DNA of 63,331 bases, counting the filler, from Octopus bimaculoides (taxonomy: Eukaryota): assembly GCF_001194135.2 (NCBI RefSeq). It is 4 parts of 4 records of this genome, joined end to end, with 100 filler letters (N's around TTAATTAATTAA, not from the genome) between each part and the next. Parts side by side here need not be neighbours in the genome. Positions count along the whole stretch, not along the records: positions 1 to 30,786 come from NC_068987.1; 3 more parts are not named here. One strand, 5' to 3'. Each line of letters starts with the position of its first letter. Within the stretch, counting starts at the first letter, position 1. Under the pieces are notes generated by a model. It did no database searches and was not told where the DNA came from. It saw only the letters and a list, made by a program, of their open reading frames with translations. The translations under genes and the position numbers were made by a program. Below are positions 1 through 12,320 of this stretch, one piece after another.

Positions 1-173
1 CGTCTTAAACAGGCGGGTCAGGTATTCCTCGTCGACGCCCAGGTTCGCCCCGAGATCGTCGTCGTACCTTCCCTCCACTAATCCACTATAGAATGCGTTA
101 GTTGTGATGCAGTCGCTCAAGGTTGACCCGGGTTGTTGGAGTTGCCGAAGAGCAGCGCGACACTCGCGGTGCC

Positions 174-174
<1 letters not shown>
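1..174 (-). mobile_element. Tx1/L1-clade LINE ORF2 fragment (post-RT region), 5'-truncated, runs off the window start
   Basis: GC-rich, stop-free minus frame WHRECRAALRQLQQPGSTLSDCITTNAFYSGLVEGRYDDDLGANLGVDEEYLTRLFKT. It resembles, from memory, the region preceding the C-terminal zinc knuckle of molluscan Tx1-like ORF2. Confidence 0.55.

Positions 175-223
<49 letters not shown>
175..223. repeat. (GATA)n microsatellite
   Basis: About 12 perfect GATA units directly abutting the LINE fragment. Confidence 0.95.
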
Positions 224-224
<1 letters not shown>

Positions 225-499
225 TCATTGATGCATAACCAAGACCCCTACTATCAAAAATATGTACATGCAAACAGATCAACGTGTGTTTTACCGAAAG
301 TATTATATGAGTGGACATTACTTTTCTATTAACTGAAAAACAATGATTTTGAAGATAAGACCAAGTACCTTCCTCAGGATTTGCAAGGAATCCACACGGA
401 AAAGATTGGTCATACTTATAGAAATGCAAACAGTAGTAGGACTTCTTATAATCCTTTCATTCAATATCCAAGGAATAGAAAATACACGACACGTTAACT

Positions 500-2030
500 A
501 AAAATTCGTATTACTACTCGTAGTAGTCAACATCAAACCACAGAAGATGCAAGAGTTCGAAAATGCGTAATAGGAAAAGAGAAAACAGTGAATGTGGAAG
601 TTCTGATAGGAAACCTAACAAACTAACACATTAATCGCCAAGAGCAAATAATAAAACACAGTGAAAAGACCTCAATCCGCTACAGGTAAAAGCTTGAATA
701 TAGTCTTATAAATAACTTCGCTCACACTCATACACATATACAAGCGTGTTTGACACCAATTCCATAAGACGCTAAACAACATAGGAAACGAGATATATAA
801 AATGGACGATAAAAGGTGATTTATAAAACCTGTGCAAAGCATAATTGAAAAAATGGATGACCATTCTTATACTCTTAGAAAGCCACTGAATGATAATTTT
901 TTTAAATCAAGCTAACATCATGAAAACCAAGCTAAGAAACGTAACCAGGTAAAATGTTCCTTATGAAAAAAGGAACGTCACTAGAACATCTCTAAACTCT
1001 TATTGAATATTCTAAACTAAAAATTTCCTTTTAACTACAAAAAAGTCATAGCATCTTCAAGAGATACATAGAAACGTAGGCATAGTAAAACAACAATAAA
1101 CCGAGTAGATAACATCGACAACTCATCTATCAAAAGCTTGCAAATACTTCAAACAAAACCCCTGTCTCTCTTTTCCTCTCCCTTTCTCTCTCTCCCTCTC
1201 TCTCATATAGGTAATACCTCAAATTCTAATCCATATGGAAATCTTCATATTCAAACAATGGTAGAATATTTTATAGTTATTCATTTCAACAGAGACGATA
1301 AACATCCGACATCGATAGAATAATAATGAAGCAAATAATTCTAAAGAGAACATCATTACCCTAGCTACTCTGTCCACTGCGAAGCCGCTGGCTCGAACAG
1401 CTGTATTAACAAACTCACACAACTATGAGGGACAACACCATATCTTCCCACACTGATAAATTTAAAAAAATAGAAAAACAGCTGTGTGAAGCTTTAACTA
1501 ACGCTCTAATACTAAAAATATACACGCTTATATTTGCATATAAAAACAGTAACATGAAAGAACAATACAATATAATTATCAATAAGAAATATTCTATTAA
1601 AAAACTTCATAAGTTCTCAAGCAGAATTGTAGACAAAAGCTTCTAACAGTACTTCGAAGGTAAGCGCCTATTATGCGATGTAGTAACGTTAACTAACATT
1701 AGCTATTCCATCGGTTCTACATCTAATAGATGTAAGAAACGGTATACCATACATAGATACACTTTAATAATAGAAAATGATGTATGATAACTTCTCTAAT
1801 ACAATAGAAATAAGGACTACGATATGTGCAAAAGGGAATTCAAAATGTATCGAGCAGATGAGGTTTCTTAAATGAAGAAGTGGATCTGTGATTCTGTAAA
1901 AGCTAATGTCTTAAATCTTTCCTCGCAACAACTCCGGGTCAAGAGCTATTAAGATCGCAGCTAGGCAACAAGACATCATCAAACAAAGCAGACGCATATG
2001 CTATATTAACATCTCAATTATCGGATCGTA
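500..2030 (+). mobile_element. Decayed Penelope-like element (RT thumb and GIY-YIG remnants)
   Basis: IHFNRDDKHPTSI at about 1280-1320 (cf. PLE YIHxxSNHPxSI). LCDVVTLTNISYSIGSTSNRCKKRYTIHRYTL at 1671-1766 (GIY-YIG). Frameshifted KKCDLC..LKSFLATTPGQELL tail at about 1875-1950. Many stops; left boundary uncertain. Confidence 0.6.
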
Positions 2031-2070
2031 AATAATTATATAAAATAATTGTAACCATTTGATGCAAGCA

Positions 2071-2628
2071 TATACATGATTATTCAAAAGAATGATCCGA
2101 TTTCATTACGCAATATTTTAATAAGGTACAGCAATAGAAGACTCCAGCTAAGTCACAAGTATTTACTCACAATCAACGTTTTATTTCCTGTTTTACAAGT
2201 GTTCAGTGTGGCCACCACATGCAGCACGGGCAGCATCAATGCAATAAGAGAATTCCTCCCAGACTCTTGCTTGACCTACGAGATCTCCAAACCTCACCGT
2301 GCGTGATTTTTTTCTTGTGGGGATATGTAAAAGATCGCGTTTATGTTCCACCGCTACCCATTAACCTCGATGACCTTAAACACCGAATAACAACAGCGAT
2401 CAACTCAGTGGATCGTCATATGCTGACATGCGTCTGGAAGGAATTCTCTTAACGCATTGATGTTGCCCATGCTGCAGGTGGTGGCCACACTGAACACTTG
2501 TACGACAGGAAATAAAAGTTGATTGTGAGTAAATACTTGGGACTCAGCTGGAGTTTTCTATTGCTTTTCCTTTTTAAAATATTGCGTAATGAAATTGGTT
2601 CATTCTTTTTGAATAATACGGCACTATA
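2071..2628 (+). mobile_element. Fold-back (palindromic) Tc1/mariner derivative
   Basis: Arms at about 2078-2264 and 2432-2620 are imperfect reverse complements. The core and right arm encode a transposase C-terminus: RSP.LT..DFFLWGYVKDRVYVPPLPINLDDLKHRITTAINSVDRHMLTCVWKEFS*RIDVAHAAGGGHTEHL. Confidence 0.85.
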
Positions 2629-3159
2629 CAGGTGTCTCAAGAATATACTCGGATGTATGAAAAACTGAACAATGCTTAGACGGATTTAGGTTGTGCATAT
2701 GCATCTTTGAACGCATGTATACATGTACTTATTAATGTAGATNNNNNNNNNNNNNNNNNNNNNNNNNNNNNNNNNNNNNNNNNNNNNNNNNNNNNNNNNN
2801 NNNNNNNNNNNNNNNNNNNNNNNNNNNNNNNNTATATATATATATATATTACATTCACATAATCCTCTTTAGGACGAGGTATATAAATATGTTTATATAT
2901 GCATCTGTATATATATGAGTGAGTATAAGTATAGATGTGTAAATATATAATAGACGCGTGGTTTTAGTGGTTAGGGTGTTGCACAAATGATGGCAAGATT
3001 CTGTTTTCGATTCCTGGACAGGGTGAGGTGTTGTTTTCTTGTGCAAAACACTTCATTTTACAAGGACTATGGAACCTGATGCGGCCCCTGACCTAGCCAG
3101 TTACTGTCAAACTGTCCAACCCATGCCAGCACAAAAGCAGACATTTAATGATGGTGTTG

Positions 3160-3355
3160 ACGACGATGATGATGATGATGATAATAATATACATATAGAT
3201 GTACGAACACAAACAAGTATATACACATATATATATATATGCAAGCACACACATAACTATCTATTCACATACGCATATATATAAACACACACACAGGTTA
3301 ATAATACAGGCGTACATCACACACACACACACACAGACACACACACACACACACA

Positions 3356-3397
<42 letters not shown>

Positions 3398-4426
3398 CAT
3401 TTAATCCTAAATACTCTATATATGTCGGCCGAAATGTTAGAGCTCACCATTGAACGTAAATACTAATATATATTAATCTACATCTCTTGATTATAATTTG
3501 TCGTAATCATAAATTCGTAGTTTCCCCACATCGTAACTTTATCTCAATTAAGACGTGGTGTTTTCTCAATGAAATTCCACGTTATTTATTACAAGTTCAA
3601 TACATCTCATCGGGTCTCTAGTTTATGATACAAGTTGACACTCATATGAAAGTAGAAACTCCGAACAGAAAATCTGTCAAAATTTGTCTATCTTCTATTT
3701 TAAAGTGTCTTCCTTATTGATTTGCGGTGAATACACACTCTTTTGTGTGAAGAACTCTGCGTGTGTGTAGAAGGGGTTTTTGTGAACGTAAATACATAAT
3801 TCCTACATACATACATGTAAATTCATAGATGCATATATATGTGTGTGTGTCTGTGTGTGTGTGTGCGTGTGTGTGTGTGTGTGTGCGCGCGAGTGTGTGT
3901 GCGTGTGAAATGATATACATGCATGTGAAAATATGTGTGTGTGTGTGCACTTACGGGTATTTTTATTGGCACTTAAGCTTGCATGGAATGGCAATAACTT
4001 GCATTGAATAGCTTTCTTTCAACTATATACCAAATCCTATAGTTTAGTGATGTAAGATAACCACTGTAACACTGTCCAAAGTATTGGATGTCTTGCTTTG
4101 ATACACAATCAAAGAATTATTCCTCTATGTTCAATCATTTATAACATATAAATATGATTATACAATATTTCAGTTTCTATCAATATGGTAATACTTGGGA
4201 TAAAAATCCCCTTTCTGGGAAGAAAATCAAAGGGTGCTACTGTTGCTGTTGCTGAATTGATTTTGTAATGTTTTCTTTTCTCTTCAAGTAACGTTTAGAA
4301 ACCCGTATTGTGAAGTGGCTACACTTAACTTGTTAAATGACAGAAAGTGAAAAAAAAATTAACGGCGGCGTCATAACCCCTCACATATCTGTTTAACTAA
4401 AGTGCCATATGCATGCATGCATGCAT

Positions 4427-4502
<76 letters not shown>

Positions 4503-4525
4503 ACATATATATATATATATAAAGT

Positions 4526-4558
<33 letters not shown>

Positions 4559-4826
4559 ATATTATATACGTATTACCATATTGATAGAAATCGAAATATT
4601 CCTTAATTATATTCATGATTGTGCAATATCGTCACCATCATTTAATGTCCGTTTTCCTTGCTGGCATGTGTTGTACGGTTTGACAGGCACCAAAAGTCGG
4701 AGGGCTGCACGAAGCTCTAACCCGCTGTTTGGGTTGGCATAGGTCTAATGGCTGAATGGCCTTCCTAATGCCAGCCCTTTCTTGGGATTAAAAACAAATC
4801 CAGGAAGATATCAATATATGTGTGTC

Positions 4827-4881
<55 letters not shown>

Positions 4882-4885
4882 ATAC
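3160..4885. repeat. Cluster of (GAT)n, (CA)n/(TG)n and (TA)n microsatellites
   Basis: Arrays at about 3160-3185, 3320-3390, 3835-3950, 4410-4565 and 4830-4880. Confidence 0.9.
4640..4775 (-). mobile_element. Old SINE fragment with a Meta-domain-like core
   Basis: aatggctgaatggccttcctaatgccagcc resembles the reverse complement of the MetaSINE core as I recall it (GGTTGGC..AGGAAGGGCATCCAGCCGT). Confidence 0.4.
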
Positions 4886-5013
4886 ATGCATGTATGAGCA
4901 CACGAGTATACAGACATACATACACACAAGCATACGTGAATTTACTCACTTGCGGGTTTAGCTTTGGTCACTCTGGAGTATTGCCATGAACACAAACACA
5001 ACAAAGACGCACG

Positions 5014-5047
<34 letters not shown>

Positions 5048-5431
5048 CATATATACATGCAGACATGCATGTAGGTGCAAGCACGGCTATGTACTTAAGA
5101 AATTCAGTTCGTTAGAACGTCATTTCGGATTCAGCCCTAATGAAAAACACCATGGACAAGCGTCATGTAGCATAAAACCTGAGCTGACTTCTGCTTTGCG
5201 AGTGATTATGGTTGGCGGAATTTTTACCATAGACCCCTCACACTGACAAATACACATAAATATACATTCAATCATACTTACAGAAATATATAATATTTAT
5301 GCTTCATGGCCCTCTATTCAGTACTGCGTAAGCCAGTGAATTTGTTTGTTTTTGGTCACTCAATATGCTGGAGATAGCGGTAAATTTCAGCTCTAACTTC
5401 AACGTACCGTGTTTCTTATTTGGATAATTGT

Positions 5432-5878
5432 AAGGCGGCAAACTAACAGGATCGCTTGCACGACGCCGATTAAAATGCTAAGCGGCATTTCATCCGGCTT
5501 AATGTTCGGATTTCAATTTCCCCCGTCGTCGACTTTGCCTTTCATCTTTTCTGGGTCGATAAAATAAGTTGCAGTTAAACACTGGGTTCGATGTAATCAG
5601 CTTACACTTCCCTTTGTAAATGCTGACCTTGCGTCAAGATTTGAAGCCGGTATAGGATAATTCTTAGAGGCGAACTGTCAGAATCGCTAGCACGCCAAGC
5701 AAAACGCTTAGCGACATTTTGTCCGTTTTTACGTTCTGAGTTCAAATTCCGACGTGGTTGAGTTTGTCTTTCATCCTTTCATTGCTGATAAAGTAAGTTC
5801 CAGTTGAGCATTGGGAGCGATTTAATCGACTTATCCCCCACTCCGAAATTTCTGGCCTTGTGCCATAATTAGAAAGCA
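5432..5878 (+). mobile_element. Two head-to-tail copies of SINE family A (tRNA-like head plus GTCGACTTTGCCTTTCATCCTTTCGGGGTCGATAAA core)
   Basis: Copies at 5432-5648 and 5666-5878 share the head ggcggcgagctggcagaatcg, the B-box-like gagttcaaattcc, the core and the 3' ggccttgtgcc motif with about 15 other copies in the window. Confidence 0.85.
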
Positions 5879-6680
5879 TTGTTGATAATTAAATCCTGGA
5901 TATCTTAAGGCACCAAATACGACGGAATCATTACCGAATACATGTCCAGGAGCTCTTCATATGATTAACCATTGCATGCTGAGATGTATATTTTGCTTTT
6001 CAATGAGATCGCGGTATGATGATCTAAAATTCTAAATGAATCAATCAAATGTAGTCTTTCATCCCGACCTGAATCTACATAATGACGGCAAAAACAACAA
6101 CAATATTACACGTAGGATGTTATAAAACGTCATCCTCATTTATCACTTATGTCTGGATCCGAAAAAGTACCGTGTTAAGTGAATCAGGGATAAATAAATA
6201 ACAGAACAAATAAGGAAAATAGTTCTCGTTCCGAGACCTCACGTTGTGCAAAGCATTATGGAAAGTCGCTGAGATGCGCTTTTGTGGTTGAAGCGGAATC
6301 TTCGACTGCTCTCCGACTCGTGTTGTCGCACTTCCCTTCGTGATAAGCGTAACGCCGTTCATAATTAGCATACAGAATTATCTCACAGCAGCGATGAATG
6401 AATCAGTGACAAAACACAGGCAGATGTACTCAATACACTATGCCATAAAAGAGAACAGAACTGCATGGTTATAACCGGAACCTTTTTATTAGGATATATG
6501 TCTGCTGCGTACATATGCATGCCTATGTATTTTCTACTCGGTACAGATTCAATATTTGGCAACGCGAGACAGAGTTTACAGACCACAGTATATAATAGGT
6601 TATTGACGATGATAACAGTGGAGACAGACATATTATCTATGAGCCATGATTATTTAGCAATACTTTATAATAGAGACAGT

Positions 6681-7013
6681 GGTGGCGCAATGGCCCAGTG
6701 GTTATGGCAGCGGACTAACGGTCATAGGATCGCGGTTTCGATTCCCAGACCGGGCGTTGTGAGTGTTTATTGAGCGAAGACACCTAAAAGCCCCACGAGG
6801 CTCCGACAGGGGATGGTGGCGAACCCTGCTGTACTCTTCCACCACAACTTTCTCTCACTCTTACTTCCTGTTTCTGTTGTGTCTGTAATTCAAAAGGGTC
6901 AGCCTTGTCACACTGTGTCACGCTGAATATCCCCGAGAACTACGTTAAGGGTACACGTGTCTGTGGAGTGCTCAGCCACTTGCACGTTAATTTCCCGAGC
7001 AGGCTGTTCCGTT
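6681..7013 (+). mobile_element. SINE family C (tRNA-Arg-like head), 3'-truncated
   Basis: A-box TGGCCCAGTGG and B-box GTTTCGATTCC. Colinear with the copies at 27656-28045 and 48953-49340. Confidence 0.9.
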
Positions 7014-7466
7014 CTGTTAACAATAATGATAAAGACAAGACTGACTAGGTACGCTTTACATTTAAAAGAGTGGAACACAATTTAGTACGAGATTTTGCTG
7101 CTATTTCTAGAAGATTCAGTGATCACATAAAGGCCAGCTTGTTAACCTGAGCTTACAATTGGTAGATAGTTTCTGTTGGATCTGAATTGTATGATAAATT
7201 CTTTATAGTTTTGGAATTACAAATAATACTAGAACTTAGCCTTGCAGAATTTATTCGAAGTTCATACAATGGACATGTCTTAGTATATCTTATATTTGCA
7301 TATAGTAGGCTTCCACATTCATAATCAAGTGTGTCATTTATGTATGTACATGTGTGTGTATCTACGTGTGTGTTAATATACGTATGTGTGTGTTAATATA
7401 TATACATGTGTGTGTATGTGTATAATACATACGGTATGTATATATATACATGTATATTTATATATA

Positions 7467-7507
<41 letters not shown>

Positions 7508-9482
7508 NNNNNNNNNNNNNNNNNNNNNNNNNNNNNNNNNNNNNNNNNNNNNNNNNNNNNNNNNNNNNNNNNNNNNNNNNNNNNNNNNNNNNNNNNNNNN
7601 NNNNNNNNNNNNNNNNNNNNNNNNNNNNNNNNNNNNNNNNNNNNNNNNNNNNNNNNNNNNNNNNNNNNNNNNNNNNNNNNNNNNNNNNNNNNNNNNNNNN
7701 NNNNNNNNNNNNNNNNNNNNNNNNNNNNNNNNNNNNNNNNNNNNNNNNNNNNNNNNNNNNNNNNNNNNNNNNNNNNNNNNNNNNNNNNNNNNNNNNNNNN
7801 NNNNNNNNNNNNNNNNNNNNNNNNNNNNNNNNNNNNNNNNNNNNNNNNNNNNNNNNNNNNNNNNNNNNNNNNNNNNNNNNNNNNNNNNNNNNNNNNNNNN
7901 NNNNNNNNNNNNNNNNNNNNNNNNNNNNNNNNNNNNNNNNNNNNNNNNNNNNNNNNNNNNNNNNNNNNNNNNNNNNNNNNNNNNNNNNNNNNNNNNNNNN
8001 NNNNNNNNNNNNNNNNNNNNNNNNNNNNNNNNNNNNNNNNNNNNNNNNNNNNNNNNNNNNNNNNNNNNNNNNNNNNNNNNNNNNNNNNNNNNNNNNNNNN
8101 NNNNNNNNNNNNNNNNNNNNNNNNNNNNNNNNNNNNNNNNNNNNNNNNNNNNNNNNNNNNNNNNNNNNNNNNNNNNNNNNNNNNNNNNNNNNNNNNNNNN
8201 NNNNNNNNNNNNNNNNNNNNNNNNNNNNNNNNNNNNNNNNNNNNNNNNNNNNNNNNNNNNNNNNNNNNNNNNNNNNNNNNNNNNNNNNNNNNNNNNNNNN
8301 NNNNNNNNNNNNNNNNNNNNNNNNNNNNNNNNNNNNNNNNNNNNNNNNNNNNNNNNNNNNNNNNNNNNNNNNNNNNNNNNNNNNNNNNNNNNNNNNNNNN
8401 NNNNNNCATACATTCACACACACACACATATATATATACACATATATATATATATATGTATGTATATATATATATGTGTGTGTGTGTGTCTGTGTATATA
8501 TATATATCTATATATATCTACGTATATATGTATGTATATGTGAGGCCAAGGGGAGGGTGAAGGATAGCTAGTAAAATGGAGTAGGAGAAACTTCGAGAAA
8601 ACAGAAATCATATTAGCGAAAAACAGTGCCACCGATTGTTAGCAACAAAAAAATGTCTAACTTGACCCTTCATGAATGAGGTTATTCATAAACCAACTGT
8701 GGCATAACCTTTTGAAGAAGTTCCCTTCGTAAGCGGGGCACGACTGCGTTGTTAGCTGCATAAAACGAATAAAATGGAAAAGATGAAGAACGAAAACAAA
8801 TCACTGTTATTGCATTTGTTGGTGTTGTTGATGATGATGATGATGATGATTGTGGTGGTGGTGATGGTGGTGAGTCTGATGTTGATTTATCTGTGTCTCT
8901 TGTTATATTCGTTTGTTTGTATGAGTGTCTGTTTTTTGTTGAAGTTGTGTTTGTGGTGGTTTGTTGCTGCATTAATAAACGTTGCTTATTCAAATTTCAT
9001 GTCACGATGGTTGCAAGATTGAAGAGCTTATGTACTCTATACTTCGCAGATATATAAAATTCGAGGATGTTGCAGCAGGTTGTACGATACTTTGCAGTCA
9101 GCAGATATTATAATCATTCAACAGCAGGAGATACAACAGTATTGTACAATAAATATTAAAATATTTGCAGTGGATATTACCATATTTTAAACATAGATTT
9201 TACGATAATTTTGCAAAAGATATCATTATATATTATAAGTATTATAAGGTTGTTCTGTTAGTATTACAGTGTTTTGCAATTGTCAGGTTGCTTACCTTAT
9301 ATATAAGGATGTTTTGCAGTAGTAGGTATGCTTTTCATGGATATTACGATATTTGTCAATACTGTGACGCTCATCACAGACATTATGATATTTTTGTTTT
9401 AGATACTAAATTCTCGTTCATGATAAAATGGCTCAAAGACCCAAAAGCGTCGTAATAGCTGTGCTTTCGAAAATATTATTTT

Positions 9483-9744
9483 ATTCTTTTACATGTTTCA
9501 GTAAGTTGACTGCAGACATGCTGGAGCACCGGCTTTAATCGAAGAAGTCGACACCAGGTCTTATTCTTTGTAAGTCTAGTACTTATTATATCGGTCTCTT
9601 CTCTGCCAAACCGCTAGGTTACGGGGGCGTAAAGACACCAACATAGCTTGTCAAGCGACGGTGGGNNNNNNNNNNNNNNNNNNNNNNNNNNNNNNNNNNN
9701 NNNNNNNNNNNNNNNNNNNNNNNNNNNNNNNNNNNNNNNNNNNN

Positions 9745-9790
<46 letters not shown>

Positions 9791-9953
9791 GACGGGATTC
9801 TTTCAGTTTCCGTCTACCAAATCCACTCATAAGACTTTGGTCGACTTGATGCTATAAGAGAAGACACTTGCCCAAGGTGCCACGCAGTTGAACTGAACCC
9901 GGAACCATGTGGTTGGGAAGCAAGCTTTTTACCACACAGCCACTCCTGCGCCT
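9483..9953 (-). mobile_element. SINE family B (about 400 bp, internal TA/TG microsatellite)
   Basis: Minus-strand head ggcgcaggagtggctgtgtgg...ggttcagtt; tail ccagcatgtctgcagtcaacttactgaaac. Colinear with 26619-27025 and 38950-39325. Contains an N gap at the internal SSR. Confidence 0.9.
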
Positions 9954-10472
9954 AGTATAGTTATCTTATTTTCAAAGTATATTGCGACGTTGTTCCATTG
10001 TATAAGCGCCAATTTCTATCAGAATAGTGTTAGAAGATACAAGAGGAATAGCAAAATTCAAACAAAGAAACTCTATATCTGAAGCTTTCCACCTGACTAG
10101 TTACCCATCACCCAAATTTAATAGTATATGAAATATAATAGCCATCTGTGTATCTTGCATAATGTATATACATGCTCTCGATAGACCAGTTACTACTGAA
10201 ATTGATTTGAGATAACAGCTGTTATGGCGTTGTTGTGGCAATCAATTGCAACGGCGGGGAACAAAAATTCGTCGAGAATGCCAGATGCAAGTCAGCTTTT
10301 TTTTAACCATTTCAATCGCAGGTACTAGCACTCATCCACACACACGTGCTAGAAATACATACATGGTTATTTTCATTTAATGCAATAACAATTGCATACA
10401 CCCGATTCTCATTGGGTTGGATGGCTATTTGACATATCAGAGTATGATTGAACCACTTTTTCTTACACGTGA

Positions 10473-10588
10473 AGCGACAAATTCTCGTCCGAGCAAGCAG
10501 CTAACTGAGATCTCATGCCCCTGAAAAGGTTCCCAAAAGCCGAAATCGATCTGGCCTTCTCACTGGCCGCTGATGGGACAAATGTTCG
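10473..10588 (-). repeat. 116-bp dispersed repeat, inverted copy of 13667-13782
   Basis: Ungapped alignment by eye shows 9 substitutions over 116 bp. Confidence 0.9.
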
Positions 10589-11295
10589 TTTCCCTCTGAT
10601 ATATATTGTGTTTTTAACATAGTATGAGCATATGAGTCGATATCTCAGAGCAAATACCACAGCATAAATTAAGTATGATACATAGATGGTCATTTTAATT
10701 TAATATTACATTTATTTCGCATACCAGATATATAAGAATATTTCTAATGAAGGTTCATCACTTCACTGAAGTACCAGAGACAGTTTATGACACTATTCGT
10801 GTTAGATTCATTGGTTCCAATCACTTTTTCGTCTCAGATTTGTGCATATAATATATTGATATGAATTACATGAAAATAGTATCCAGTCGACCTAAGCCTT
10901 TTTAAAGGAATTCAGTTGACTGACATCATGAGTAGTCCCATCGCACGGACAGTGCTTCAATTCCAGTCCAGTTTGGTTATATATTGTGTTACGCTTTTCT
11001 ACCGAAAGGTGATGTCCATAAACATTTGCGTGCGAATTTTACAAGCAGGTGGTTCAATTCATCAAAGTAGTATAAAGTCATCGTCAAAACCACATGCGGA
11101 TTTATCACCATCAATGAATCCTGCTACTGTGAAACATCTTGCAGAAAGATGGCAGAATGCCTTGCAATAGACTTTTGTCTGGAAAATATTTTTGCAGAGT
11201 TATAATACCGAATTTTTTTCCAATTCCCTGTTAGTGTGTATGTATATGTATGCATCTTTGTACGTGTGTATATGCGTGCTTATGTGTTTATGTAT

Positions 11296-11482
11296 ACCCC
11301 TCACCACTGCCTGACAACCAGTGTTGGTACGTTTACGTCTCTGTAAGCTGATAGTTCAGCATAAGAGACTGTTATAGTAATTACCAGGTTAAAAAAGAAC
11401 ACAAAACATTAGGGTTGATTCTATAAGTCGGTGCTCCAGCATTGGCTGCAGTCTACTTTACTAATTCAAGTAAAAGATAAAA
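11296..11482 (+). mobile_element. SINE family B, 3' half (diverged)
   Basis: gacaaccagtgttggt...cggtgctccagcattggctgcagtc...aagtaaaagataaaa. Confidence 0.7.
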
Positions 11483-11506
11483 TTTTATATGTATATGTAT
11501 AAATAA

Positions 11507-11555
<49 letters not shown>

Positions 11556-12054
11556 TATACGCGTATATACGTCTATGTAAGTATGTGTGTGTGTATGTAT
11601 GTATGTTTTATGATGGCTTGTAGTAAACATTTGTTTCTATTTTCTGTTTGTTGGTTTAGCAATCCCTCCAGTCGATATTGCATGGTGTTACTGTAAATAT
11701 GATACTTTGCAGTAAATATTATACTATTTTGCAGTACATATTACAATATTTACAGAACGGTGAGTGGCTATCCGTGAGTAGATTGTATGGCAATTCTGTT
11801 AGTCCACGCGTACGAGGTTTTGCAGCGTATATTATATGTAAATGGCTGTCATGATTTATGATTTCTGTATATGATTATATGTTTTCTCTTAGATATCTTG
11901 GTAGCATTGTAGACGAATACACTACGCCCATTGGTTTATAAATAAAACCTTCTAGTTAGCTTTTAATTTTGTACACAGAGACACACACAAGCAAACATAC
12001 GCACACAAATGCTTACATACATATTGTGTATATGTGTGTGTATTCACACGTGGT

Positions 12055-12320
12055 TCATTTGGTTAGGGTGTCCGTGCGTTCGATTCCCGGCGGCGAGTTG
12101 TGTCCTTGAGGAGGGCACTTTATTTCACGTTGCTCCAGTTCATTCAGCTGGTAAAGTTGAGTTGAACTTGTATTTCAAAGGGTCAGCGGAGTCCGCATTT
12201 TGTGCCACGTTGAATCTCCTTGAGAAATACGTAAAGGGTACGCGCGTTTGTGAAGTGCTTAGCCGCTTGCACGTTAATTTCACGAGCAAGCTGTTCCTTA
12301 ACCAACAGAGTACCAGTCCG
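12055..12320 (+). mobile_element. SINE family D: tRNA head, CORE-like segment, and the 3' domain shared with family C
   Basis: gttcgattccc B-box; gttgtgtccttgagga.ggcactttatttcacgttgctccag segment; then tcaaagggtcagc...cttgcacgttaatttcacgagcaagctgttcc as in family C. Confidence 0.75.
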
